A stretch of DNA of 64,000 nucleotides from Balanoglossus misakiensis (Eukaryota; Animalia; Hemichordata). The stretch spans positions 1,743,027-1,807,026 of the forward strand of contig CM082588.2 of NCBI GenBank assembly GCA_040954595.2, in the 5' to 3' direction. Below the pieces are notes generated by a model, which was given only the letters and a program-made list of their open reading frames with translations, did not search any database and was not told the DNA's origin. A program made the position numbers and the translations under genes. Below, piece by piece: positions 27,971 through 40,454 of this stretch. Each line of letters starts with the position of its first letter. The stretch's first letter is position 1.

Positions 27971-30900
27971 TTACTGCGGTACACTGTAGTCCATTGGGAT
28001 GAGACCCATTTTCTGTAAAGCTATAGTGGCAGCCTGAGCCTTGGCATTCTTCTTATTGGGACTGGCAACGGACGGCTGGTACTCTTGATTGTTCACCCTC
28101 ACCTAGAAAATAAAACAGTTGACGTGATTGGTCAATCAGTAATCAGGTCATCAATAGACCATTTTCTGAACTCCATGAGGCCCTGTGAGATCTCGCGTGG
28201 CTTGGCAGTTTATATGGGAAGATTCCTCATTGTGTCACTGCAACATTTATTTGTAACAATCTGCATTGCTGAGCACAAAAGCAAATGTCAAGAGTTCAAA
28301 GGTTTCTACCTACCTTGAAAACAAAATTTTTCTTGTGGTCTGGTCCGCTGTCGTGTTCCAAGGTGAACTCTGGTGGCGGCCATTTGCGCTTGTTGCATAT
28401 TTCCATCAGTGCAGACACCGGGTGTTTTCCTGAAAGATCTCTAATGACTGGAGCCGGGACAGCTGCTTTTTTCTTCTGAGATTCTCCAGAGGCAACCAGA
28501 CCTGCATTGAAAGTGGCACAAAGACAAGAGTCATCTGAGAATTTGGCATCAACAAAACTACACAAAACCAAACACAAGCATACTCACTTCAGTCCAGAAG
28601 CTAATAATCTCATCCCAGTGTAGTTGGATTTGGAATGACAAATCGGAGCAATGCCGACTTTTTGAGATAGCATATTAGATGAGCTATGCTAAGAAACTTG
28701 AAAAATGACCAACACCACAATTGCAATACATATCTTGCCCCCAGAGGCTGATCAATTCAGCACAGAACTCACCTCTTCTGTCTGTCTTCACATCCAGACT
28801 AAGCGGAAGGAGAGAGCCCTCATTGTTCTTTCCCAGACCTTCTCCAAGTTTCCATCCCATCTTCTGCAGTAGATACATTCCCATTCCACCTTGGACGGGG
28901 GCTGTGTTGTGAAACATATCCTAACATAACAAAAGCAAAACAGATGAAATAATTCAAAGTTAAAATCAGTATTTTCTGAAGCAAACCTGACAATCACATA
29001 AAACTTTCATTTCTACATAATCTATGAACTACATACAACATACAAACTTCATTCTCCTCAAGAAGACCAGGAATTTTGGAAGTTAACCATCTTAAGAAAC
29101 ACTTACATTATTGCTGAAAGAAATTACTCATTATCTGGAATTGTTATACATGATTACATAAAACATGTTGAAGTTAGATTGCCCTGAGCAAAATGCACAA
29201 AAGTGCTAGGCACTGTACTGAAAAATTCTCAACAGAAATTGTGGCGGAATTTCAGAAACTTTGTGTTCACCAGTTTTTCAAATCTGTACGGAGTGTATGG
29301 TTTACAGTTTTTGAAGATAAACAAAGCATTCAGTTATTTTACATGCACAACTGATTAGACAAAAATCAGAGATCAGCCTCATTCTGTTGAAATTTTTTTA
29401 CAGTGCATGAACTTTTAAGATAAACATTCTTTGAAGTCGTGATTACAGAAATGTGAACAATGTAAGACATCTCATGCTTTCCACCTACCTATTCGAGCGA
29501 TGTCATGTCCTGTTAGCCACTTGGTGACTGCACTTCTGCTTCAAATATTATCATTGTAGCCTGCAACAAGTTTCCAGTTATCATCAAGGGCTTTGCACAT
29601 CCCCCTCTATGTCCCTCATAAACCTCTGACCTGTCAGTCACTAGAACATTTTCCTACCAACAATTGACTACAATTTTTTTCACATTTTGTGTAATTTTTA
29701 CTTAATTCTGGAAAAATTCTTGTCAAAAGGGTAAGACTTTCCAATTTTGGCAGGAGAGTAGTGTAACCAACAGGATTGAATATGCTTTTGTTTATGGATG
29801 ACAAATCTGTAAATCTATAAATTCCAGATGTGGTAATATTCTGATTTCACCAGCCAAACTAACACAATTATATTACTATATTATATATTTTTTTCCTCTT
29901 GTGATATCCATTTTGCAATTTGGGGACGGTTATTTGACAGCAGAGATAAATTCTAACCAAGTCTTACAGGGCAACATTCAAGTACTTCAAATAGGAATAT
30001 TCTCTTCAATTCAGTATCTTTCAAGTGACCAGCCTAAACATACAAAGTCCCGATGCCATTAGAACTTGGGATGTGAAAGCCCATGTGATAAGAGAATCAT
30101 GGTTTGAAGAGAGGAGGGTTAAAGGTCAGGTCTCCTATCCCCAAACCAAAACAACAGGAAACAGGTTGCTAGGCAATATTGGGATGAAGATTGAAGTTCT
30201 CAAACGCCACACTGCTCCCATGATTGTTCCTTGTATTTTCAGTGTTTTCAAGATTTTAGAATCAGAGTTGAGATGCTAAGAAACCTTTCTAATAATTTAT
30301 AGGATGTGACTGGAACATTTCTGTGACCCTTTCAGGATCACAATAGTGGTCTGATCCCACTGATTTGAATGCTACAGCTGAAACCATGTGAATGAAAATA
30401 GGGGTGAGAGGATATTGAGTGTGGGTATAAGAACTTCAATCTGACCAAAAGTTGATGGACACTTTGACTGTGTACAGCACAAACTTTGAGTATATACGCT
30501 CATATCTTAGTAACAGAGGATGCACAGATTGACTGCATATCCATACAGCTTCATCTCTGCACCCTAAGCTTTGATTTTTCTCCAATGATCACCATTGACA
30601 AACTCTGGACAAATGTATGTGTTTTGAATGTACCACCATTGTGCAGTATGTTCTCATATCATGTGTCCACACAGTAGATTACAATTGAACAGGAAGTTGT
30701 CACGTGGACTGCACCAACTTTGTCATATGTGTGGCCAACAATGGTGGTACAGACAAAGTCCTGAAATCAATGCAAGACACAACTGTACGAACACTCATCC
30801 ATTGCTAGAGAAATAATCATTTTTTTCTATGAATTACACATATAGATACAGTAAGATGTGCCAGATATTATGAGTGTTTACCTTTTTGGCCCAGGCTTGT

Positions 30901-33806
30901 GCTCTGGGGTTGGAATTAGCGAGTTGTTCTGGTCGTAACAACTGTGCATCTGTTGAGCCAGTGAACTGCCCCGGCTTATGTCCTGCCTGCGCCCATGACT
31001 GGATCTGCATTAAATCAACATGATACACATCTTGTGATTGGCTAAAATGTATAAAAATGTATATGTAGTTGCCAGTGATCACTGATTGGTCAAAAGAATC
31101 ATGTGACATTCCATAAATCTCATGAGGAAAATCTCACCTGTTGATTGGCCTTGTACATCATCCCCATGGCTTCAACATCGTTGGGATTGTGTTGCAGTTT
31201 TCTCATGGCTTGCAGGCGCTCTGAAACCATGGTGCTGATATCAACCGACTGGGAAAGAAACCAACACACAGAGATACATCAATGAGAACACTTTTAGGAA
31301 GCAATGTGTTCAAACTATCATCAACACATCTGTATTTCCTGCAACCAAAACATAAATGTATAGGGTTGGCAGGGTTGTCAGTGCATGCACACTGTAAAAC
31401 CTGTTGGTTGCTGTTACTTCAATCTCATATAACATACTTACAGGCATTTGCACTTTTGGAAATACAGCATCAGCTTTAGTACCAGAAGAAGCAGTGTCCA
31501 CACTGGCTGTAGTTGTGGGTGTAGATGTGTCAGGTTTATTTGCGTTCTCACTGTCAGTGTTACTTTGAGTTGCTGACTCGCTTCCGGCTGAACTTTCCGC
31601 CTTGCCGTTATTTTCATCCTTCTTTTCCACGGGAACCCACTCTCCGTACGGATCCATGTGGTCCACTTCTTTCTTCCGGTGTTGCGTACCGCTGGAGACG
31701 GGAAACTGCTGCAGCAAGGTGTCCTTGTCTTGCACTGGTTTCTGTACAGCATTCTGCAACAGGTTGATTAGAAAATTGAAGCAGCCTCTGAAAATATCTC
31801 ATTCATGTTTAGTATATAAGAGTCACTAGATACATCAATACCCAGATTGTAGACCTTTCAAGTCAGACTACATTGCCTGGAGTGAGCAGCATTTTTTCTT
31901 CTCTTACCTTGATATTCATCACTATAGGCAACGGGTGGTTCTTCACTTGGAATGGATGATGCAAGAACGGAGTGTCATCTTCGTCACTTCCAACTGGAAC
32001 GTTGACTGGCTCATCATCCGATGAATCAAGCTCTTGCTGTTTCTCCGATATCTTCTTGCAAACACTTGTCAGTTCGTCGATCGTTTTACCTCCTACATGT
32101 ATAAATAGAAATGGCAACCATGCATTACAGCATCATTGGACTTACATGTACAGTGTTTTTTTATTCAGGGTAGTACCCAGTAGGTACTACCCTGAATAAA
32201 GAGCCAAGACAGCAACCACCATACTTTATACAAATAAGAAAACAACAGGAACATAACAATTCTGTGTATTGTTATGTACATGATGGGAGATATCCAGACT
32301 TACCAGCCCTAAAGCTAGCCACTTCTTCCTTACTGGGCGGTGGAAGATGAAGATTTGGCGGCAACAAGCCTGCCTTCTGCTGTGCATATGCATTAGCTTT
32401 TGCAATCTCCAGGAGCTTGGCCTTGTCAAACTCTGTCACTGGGGTTTTCTCACGTCTCTTTGGTGAGCTCGATCGATGATGTCTATCATATCTGTCTCTC
32501 TCTCGATCTCTGTATTGTCTACTGTAACTCAAATCATCATATTTGTACTGTTCACGCGACCTTGACCTATACGAGTGATGCGATGACTGATGACTCGTAT
32601 GATCTCGACTCCTGTCCGTTGATCTGGATCTTGACCTTTTCTTGTGCTTTTTGCTTCTTGACTTAGATCTTGACCTCGACCTATGCGAATGCTTTCGTTT
32701 CCCACTTTTCTCTTTTTTGTCTTTTTTCTCTTTACTTTTATCCTTCTCTCCATTTTCTTTGTCTTTGTTTTTCTCCTTGTCCTTTTTGTGTTTTTTCTTT
32801 TTACTTTTCTTTTTGTGTTTTTTATGCTTCTTCTTTGACTTTGAGGAACCCTGCTCCATCAATTCTTTCCCTCCATCTTTCTCTCCGGGTTTTCCTTCCA
32901 CTTGACTCTCATCCGTGGAATCAACAAGTTCTCCTTCCTCAGGAACTTCTCTCCAGGGTTTAACTTCTCCAGCATTCTCCCCTTCAACCTTTTCATCATC
33001 ATTATCGTCATCATCATCATTGTCACTCGAAGATGATGAATCTGTCGCGCTCCCATCCTCCCCCTTGGCAGTGTCCTGGACATCATCCAGCTTTGTTGTT
33101 ATGATGTTTATTTTAATCCCAGATGCTTTCTGGTTTGTTTCTTTCACAGAGCTTTCATCACATTTATCGGGTGGATCACAATCTTTTGCAGACTTTGAAT
33201 CAGTTTCAGTTTGATCAGTACAGCTACTCAGTTCCGAGTTTATTGGTGGATTGTGTTCATTTTCATCCACTGGTTTTCCAGGTGACTTTGGTTCTGCTAC
33301 ATCCTGGCTGTCAACATTCTTCTTTTCAGTATCACATTCAGCTGTTTCTCTCGTTGGTTTGTTTATGTCACTCTCTGTAGCTCTGTTGGAGAAGATACAC
33401 ATTATAGGCTGGATCAATTTCTCAACTACAGATTAGCTAGATGCGCGCACCTGCGTTGGCTATCAGCGACCCCCCCCCCTCCCAACCAGCCCCCCCCCCC
33501 CCCTCCGGCTACAATTATTGCAGCTACATCAACAACACTAACACGCCACACGTCAGAGGCCACACTGATCATTGCATTGCGACCACGACGTATGTGAACA
33601 CAGTCACAGACACAACACCGATCACCGGCTGTTATACGGTGATCGGCGCTTTAGATTTGCAAGCATCATTGGGTCAAAGCCAGGCAATGACGTTCCCCAA
33701 ACCGTGACAAAGTTATGAAATCTTACTTCGTTTCTTTTTCCTTCTCCAGCTCTTCCATTTTCTTCAGTGCGAACTCTCGCAGCATTTCTCTCACGTCGGA
33801 AGCCAT
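27971..33806 (-). CDS. SON: SON DNA/RNA-binding splicing cofactor (K-rich/RS region, G-patch, C-terminal dsRBM), 9 coding exons, ~785 aa
   Basis: Phase-consistent GT-AG exons: 33727-33806, 32304-33382, 31908-32092, 31442-31753, 31138-31248, 30882-31004, 28773-28920, 28314-28501, 27971-28102 (2358 nt). SON-type motifs: MASDVREMLREFALKKMEEL, RSRSRSKSRS, FDKAKLLEIAKANA, QFPVSSGTQHRKKE, PGQFTGST, G-patch GGMGMYLLQKMGWKLGEGLGKNNEG, dsRBM KHPVSALMEICNKRKWPPPEF...KKNAKAQAA. Confidence 0.95.
32160..32200. repeat. Perfect 18-bp inverted repeat with a 5-nt spacer in SON intron 2
   Basis: TTTATTCAGGGTAGTACC-CAGTA-GGTACTACCCTGAATAAA. Confidence 0.9.
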
Positions 33807-33950
33807 CTTGAAACTGACACCTCTCGCGACAGAATGTGAGAAATAACGGGACTACACCTTGTGAGTTCAAAGTTCAGAGTACAGGTCAATCAAGGCCAAC
33901 CCTGACTGTGGCACACACCTTTCGATTGCTTCGCAAGCTTCCCGGACTTT
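33800..33950. promoter_or_regulatory. Probable compact bidirectional promoter between SON and MGST3, including the MGST3 non-coding first exon
   Basis: SON ATG at 33806 (-). MGST3 5'UTR donor TTT|GTGAGT at 33951 pairs with an acceptor with a long pyrimidine tract ending 34379. Motifs: YY1-like CAAGATGGC over the SON start, TCTCGCGACA (33822-33831), GGGACTACA (33848-33856), AGTTCA-A-AGTTCA (33864-33876). Confidence 0.55.
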
Positions 33951-34398
33951 GTGAGTAGGAAAAGGTACAGATGCATTGGTATCGAAGTGATTTTTAAAGA
34001 CATTGTAACATTTTAAGTATTGCTAATTCGAATTCTTGGATATATCGGGTCCAATAATTGATTCTGTAGACAATATCTCAGTTTCGATGTCACGGTCACC
34101 AAGGCACAATGTACATGACATAGCATTCAGCATACTGGCAGTAGTAGAGTATAGATTGGGTGATGCAAATCTGTGTCAGCTTTTCATCAGCTCAGCAGTA
34201 TAATACCTATAGATGCATAGACACTCAGAACAATATACACTGTTCGAAGGTCGCATTGGGCGCCCAATGGGTGGGGACCATTGAAATTTAGTTCTCTGCT
34301 ACCTGTAGGGTAGATGGATGTGTCAATGTGCAATAAACTAAACCAGTTTCCGACATCTTTCTTTTTTTTTCTCCATCAGATAATAAACAATCATCAAA

Positions 34399-35327
34399 AT
34401 GCCTGTAATGTCCAAGCTTCCCGATGAATTTGGTTACGTCGTTCTGACTGGTGTTGCCAGTTGGGGTTTGATGGGATACTTAACCCATAGAGTGGCCAAG
34501 GCACGTAAAGAATATGAAGTTGAGGTAAGTTCTTCAGTGTTTATCTTGAATGTTTTATATCCGTTAAATGTCAAGGGTTAAGGGATAGCTATCCGAGAAC
34601 TCCTATTATGTGCTTTCAAAAACCCATGTTGTATGTTGTCTTGTTTTGATTTCAGTATCCAACCATGTATAGCGACTCAAACGATATGTTCAACTGCATC
34701 CAGAGAGCTCATCAGAACACGTAAGTGGGTCCAACACTTCGCACACACATGTAAACTTTCTGTCTGTCTATGATTGTACAACCTTTAGTGGAGTAGATAA
34801 GATTAAATTCTGTTTGTGTCAGACATCAATGCAGGACAACCCTGATAGTCAATTCAATTTTACATTCTAGGTTGGAGCTGTATCCATCATTCCTGTTCTT
34901 TCTCACCTTTGCTGGGCTGCAGTACCCAGTAAGTAAATGTTTTTGTCTTCTGGGTTGATCGAGTGTAAGCTTGTTGCTGCTAATGTTCATCTAGCTTGTG
35001 GCATTGATGAGTTTTGCTAACCAAGGCTGGCCTTGTTTGTTTCAGCGCACAGCTACTGGATTTGGTCTGGTGTGGATTGCTTCACGTTGCAGTTTTGCCA
35101 GAGGATACTACACAGGAGGTATGGCTAATCACTTGACAGTTACATCATCTTTACGCGAGAATTGAACCCTGTTTACTTGTGAGCCAGTGACTAACCAAAT
35201 GTCAATTTCTGTCCGTCTCTTCCCAGATCCCAAAAACCGCAGACGTGGCTTTTACGGACTTCCAGCCATGCTCGGATTGGTAGGAATGACTGTGTCCTTC
35301 GTGGCCCACCAGCTGGATTGGGTTTAA
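34399..35327 (+). CDS. MGST3: Microsomal glutathione S-transferase 3 (MAPEG family), 5 coding exons, 140 aa
   Basis: Exons 34399-34524, 34656-34720, 34871-34928, 35046-35118, 35227-35327 (423 nt, phases consistent). Motifs FGYVVLTG, ARKEYEVEYPTMYS, FNCIQRAHQNTLE, ARGYYTGDPKNRRRG. Confidence 0.95.
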
Positions 35328-36149
35328 ATCCGCGTCATCTTTTTCCACGAATAATAGGGAAATATGATTAACTGTGAAGTAGAAAGTCTGTCTGTGTTGG
35401 TAGAACTTAGAACTACTGTGGTGTCCAAGCTGAAGTCTCAAAGACAAGTTTTGATCTTACAATTTGAATCTATTATTTTCATGATCAGAAGTTCCATTTT
35501 GGAAATATGGTTAAAGAATGTGCCATTTATAGCAGTGTGACAAATGAAATTGTAGCAAAAAATGAAAATCTGCAGTGTATAGTGTATTAGGTTACCATTA
35601 TTCCAAAGGAGTAAATATATAGACCTTTATACTGTGATAAAAAGTCTCTGCTTCATTTGTCTTGTATTCAACACCTTCATACATTAACTTGACTTCTCCA
35701 TTTCAAAATGGTGTTACCACACTGGCACCTTTGAAACACGTAACATCTTATTACTTACGGGGGAAAGTCGCCCCCCCCCCCCCCAACAAATTTGATTATC
35801 CACACAGAGGGCGCTATTCTCGGTCGCGACATTCCGTGACCTTGGATTCCGAGTACTTTCACTGTTACGTGAACCCGTGAAATGATTGGCTTCGCGACAG
35901 TTGTTAGGGCCAAATAATAGCCTGTTCTTGTTCCCAAACATTCGCCGACATCGTGGTAAATCACCGCCCCACTGAAGTGTAATAGGGTAAACAACTTTCC
36001 TTGTACATTTCGTCGTGTGTCGCGCCCAATGTTGATTTCACGATCACTCAGTGATTTGTAACCGGCATTTCTTATGGGCGTGTTGTGCAGACATTTTGAA
36101 CGATTAGAAAGGGGTTTTTACGTTGCAGTCTTCAATAAGTAACGCCACG

Positions 36150-38186
36150 ATGGACACCCAAGACACAGACGAAAAATACAGAAGCAGGAAACTGAGAGTC
36201 CCATATCATTGCGTATCTGTGGGTGAGTATGTTTATTTCGCTATGCATGTATGTCAGATTTCACGGCGCAGTAGACAGCGTGTCAGACTTGTGTACATGT
36301 ATGTGTCAACAATAGCATAGTCATCCATCTTTCTAGATCATGGATGACCAGTGTTATGGCGAATTACAGAGTCCTAGTTCCTTTTAGAGGGTCAAAGTAA
36401 TCGAACTTGGCTAAATGAAACATGCACAGTGGTGATTGGCTTCCATGGTGACGGGGCCATGAGCGGTAGCCCAGCATGCATCATGGCGAGTGTACTGGCC
36501 ACTGTTGATGTACATGTACATGTATATCAGCATAGTATGGATACTGCCCATGTGTAACAACTTCTAATATTAACTTTTTGTGTTGTAGATGCAACGTTGA
36601 CAGATGCTTTGGCCGCCATGAGACAATGTATAAGTCCAACAGAAGACAGACAGAAACTTGTAGAAGCTCTGCAGCAACTTTGGACAACTCCAGACAACAG
36701 AAATCATGTTCTTCCATGTCTCTGCGTGCGAACTGCCCTTGATCTCTATCTCCGTGTGATGAAGTATCCCCCGGGCTCAGAAATCATTATGTCTGGAATC
36801 AACATTCCTGATATGGGGAACATTGTCCGGCATCATGCCATCCGGATTGTGTCAATAGATGTCAACATGGACACACTTTCTCCCAAGGTTGAAATCCTGG
36901 AAAGTTTGATATCGGAAAGAACTGTTGCCATTCTCGTGGCGCACATATACGGCAAATGGTTCGACATGAGTGAGATCGTGACAATCGCTCATAAACATCG
37001 ACTGCATGTTTTAGAGGACTGTGCAGAAGCCTTTCGCGGAGCATCCTATAATGGACACTCTGAATCCGATCTCTCTTTCTTCAGTTTTGGAGTCATCAAA
37101 ACTGCCACAGCGTTTGGTGGCGCCATTGTGAAAGTCAGAGAGGACAAGCTCTATCATGCGATGGACGCAATGTACCAAACATACCCAGTCCGCCCAAACT
37201 CGGAGTACTTCAAGAAAGTTTTGAAATATGCCGTACTTATCTATATTATGAATGCGAGTGAGTGGAGGACTAACTACACAACGGCTTTTATGAGTTTTTT
37301 CGGTCTGGATTACAAGCAAGCATTCGTGCAGATGCTGAAGGGATTCCCTAGTGATTTCTTTGTGAAAATTCGCCAACAGCCATCAACACCCTTGCTGTAC
37401 ATGATGCACAAAAAGTAAGTGAAATATAAACTCAGTGCCCTGGCCTTTGTCTAGTACATTTGAAATTGCCAAAAGACAGTATCTGTTGAAGCCAGCTATA
37501 GCTAAACAATGTAAATTTATATTTTTAAGATTCATGAATTCTTCCTCTGTAGAATATCCAATTTTGACGGAAGCAGTTTGATGGAAAGTCGACAGAAAGG
37601 GGACTACATCACCCAGCGGTTGCCAAGTTCAGTGGGTGCTGTAGGCATGAATGCGGCTATTAAGAATTACTGGCTCTTTCCTGTTCTGGTGGTAAGTTTG
37701 CCGAAGTTTGCCTAGAAATCATGTTATCATAAGAATGGCATGTAGTGTTCTTGATTTGTGATCAACACCATGTGGGACTCTAATCCAGGGCAAGTCATAT
37801 CATGTTCAGATTTTTTTCTCTACCTGTAACAGAACAACCCTGAAGAAGTTTGCAAGGAGCTGAACGACATTGGTGTGGACGCTGTCACAGGCCCCACCTC
37901 GCTGAAAGTGATCGAACCATGCAACGGTAGTGAATCCATGGCACATCTCAGTGACATCATTACACACTACCCACACGAAGCCAAGTTTCTCATCGACCAT
38001 GTGATATATCTACCAGTCCACAAGAACGTGCCATATCATCAGTTGGACAGACTGGTCCTGGCTTTGGAAGTTGTCCAGAAGAAGCTGGCTTCCAAGAAAT
38101 TCACAAAGCCCTCTTTCGAGACTACCCAAGTATTTGTCGATGGACCACAGGTCAAGCTGAAAACACCCCTCAAAAGTAAACTGTAG
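36150..38186 (+). CDS. DegT/DnrJ/EryC1/StrS-like PLP-dependent aminotransferase (fold type I), paralogue 1, ~463 aa, C-terminal PTS1 (SKL)
   Basis: Exons 36150-36222, 36589-37414, 37553-37691, 37833-38186 (1392 nt). Family motifs: RTALDLYL...PPGSEIIM, AILVAHIYG, HVLEDCAEA (PLP Asp), FFSFGVIK (Schiff-base Lys), FGGAIV, NYWLFPV, IYLPVH. The protein ends KTPLKSKL. Confidence 0.85.
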
Positions 38187-40454
38187 GTTGTGACAATAAA
38201 ACAATTGACAATCTGGCAAAGGGAGAGAAATGACTCGTTTCATGATGGTGTGACCCAAGGGTCAGTTTTATTGACCTAGAACCATACACTGCATTATGGG
38301 ATAGATGGGAGTCAAGATGTGAAGCCATCACACACAATGTACAGGTAGAATTTAAGAATGGCTGCTGGCTGAATTGGATTCTAAGCAAATTCTGTTGGCA
38401 TAAACTTATTCAGTGCCCACAAACTAATTTATCTGTCAATTTTCCAGCGTTCAGTGATAGGGTCATCCGACTCGTGCCATGGTGTGTCAAGCAGTAGCCT
38501 GCAGATCATGGGATCTTAGATCTGGAACGTTAGAGAGAAATAACTGTGAGAAATCTACTATGAGACAATTTCAGGCTTGACTGTCCTGTGTGACTAGAAA
38601 ATCAACAGGAATTTTAAATATAATTTAACTTCAGTCATCAGAGTTTTTTGTCTTATGAGCTTCTGTAATGTTTTTTTTTTTCATGTGAACAACAATAAAG
38701 AAAACTTGCAATTATCCGAAACAAGATAAAATGTCAAAATTACTGAAAATAAAATATTTAGTTTTGATTCTAAAATGGTGTAAAACTATGACGACTCTCC
38801 CTAAATATTTATGAAGTCGATTTAAAAAGAAACGAAAGTTGGCAAAGTTTAGAGAGGTGATCGATAGAGGGCGCTTCTCCCGAAATCTAGCTGGTTGACA
38901 CACCCCTCCCCCTTTCAATTCCATAGATTAAATGTTTAGGAGTCATAGTACATATTATTTTAATATGGTCAGAGGAAATATGAATTCAAGTGCATTCTAC
39001 CTTCATTTGATGAAACTTGCATTTTAATATATATTTATTCAGAGATATAAAGCGGACGTTTCTGACTCAATTTTATGGCACGCATGTGTATTGTTTACCT
39101 CCATGATTATACGGACCTATGGCTCTCCATGCTTGGGCTAAGGCTCGAAAATGTTCGTGAACAAATTTTGCTGGACTTGCAGACATGATTCAGTTCCCAG
39201 AGGGATAAAAAAACATGTCACTTACCTCAACTAATGACATCTACAGCGAACAGTACCTTCAAGTGCGGAAAATGGGAGGGTAAAATTGAATTCTTCACTG
39301 GGAAAGGAAAACGTGTCCGCAACATCCGCAGCAACGAATCATTATTCATAATCAGTTGTTGAGCCATTGATAAAGTAATGATTTGAATAAATTAGCATGC
39401 AGTCCAGCTGTGTTCCTGCAAGGGACAGCCAATCAGGGATTCGCATTTGTAACGAGAGCTCCCGCAATCACTCCAATAATCCATCCAAGAAAAAAATAAT
39501 TAATTATGACAACTGTTACAATAAAACAAACAGTAGCCAGGAAATACGATTAATTAGCCGTAAAACACTAACTACAGAAAAGTCCAATATATCTGTTCAA
39601 ACTTAGGAAGTCGGACCGGGTACAAAGTCTCTAAACTGCTTGGCAGTTCCTACATGCTCAGTTTGCGGGTGTATGTAACAGTTATGCGATTACACGTTAA
39701 GAACAATTGAAGCGACAGCTTGTGAAAATAACTATAGAGAGAAACGTGGTTCTTTTGATTGACGCGAAAGATGTGAAGGTCGCCTCGATAAAAGGTCGGG
39801 GATTATGGATTTCTTAACAAACGTCATATTGAAACAGCTTGAAGTTGCATTATCTAACAATACCTAAAATTGAAACAGTAATCCGCGCATGCATACAAGG
39901 TCACCGATGGCCCTATTTGCGCAACCACTACAGTTATGGAACTGAGTAAGGCGATGAAAACACGTTGAAATACTTTGTCGAAATACACGGCATATGATCC
40001 TAGGTCACATGTTAATTTGGTCAAAACTATTTTCGCCTAGCGTAGCATGCACGCAAACAGCCTCGTAAATTGATATGCAAAATCATAGTGATTTTCAATT
40101 AAAGTCAGATGTTCACAAGACTCGATTTGATTTTTTTAGATATTTATAGCAAAATCGTGTTTGCCATTTTTAAAGAATAAAACAGAATACAGACCCGCTC
40201 ATTTACTTTAGGTTTTGTTCATTCAACTTTTGCCGAGTTATTTAGAGTAAAATGCGTTGAAAAGTTATAAAGCTTACAAACTGCAGATATTCGTCGAAAG
40301 AGGGCGCGTCCATTTCGCAATGTACGTGTACAGTTGAGCTACTTTAGAAGCATCACGTTGTAGCTTGTAGTTTTGTTTGTCACAGCTGGTATTACTGCTC
40401 ACTTGTGATCTCGCAATTCAGCACACTCGCTCGATATCTCCACGGAAAGCAATT

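Noticed and set aside
32400-33436. Plus-strand ORFs overlapping SON exon 2, and similar antisense ORFs over Tiam and aminotransferase exons
   Set aside because: Shadow ORFs opposite real, often low-complexity coding exons, with no recognisable motifs.
38712-40300. Possible mobile element between the aminotransferase paralogues
   Set aside because: No terminal repeats, target-site duplication or transposase could be identified by eye.
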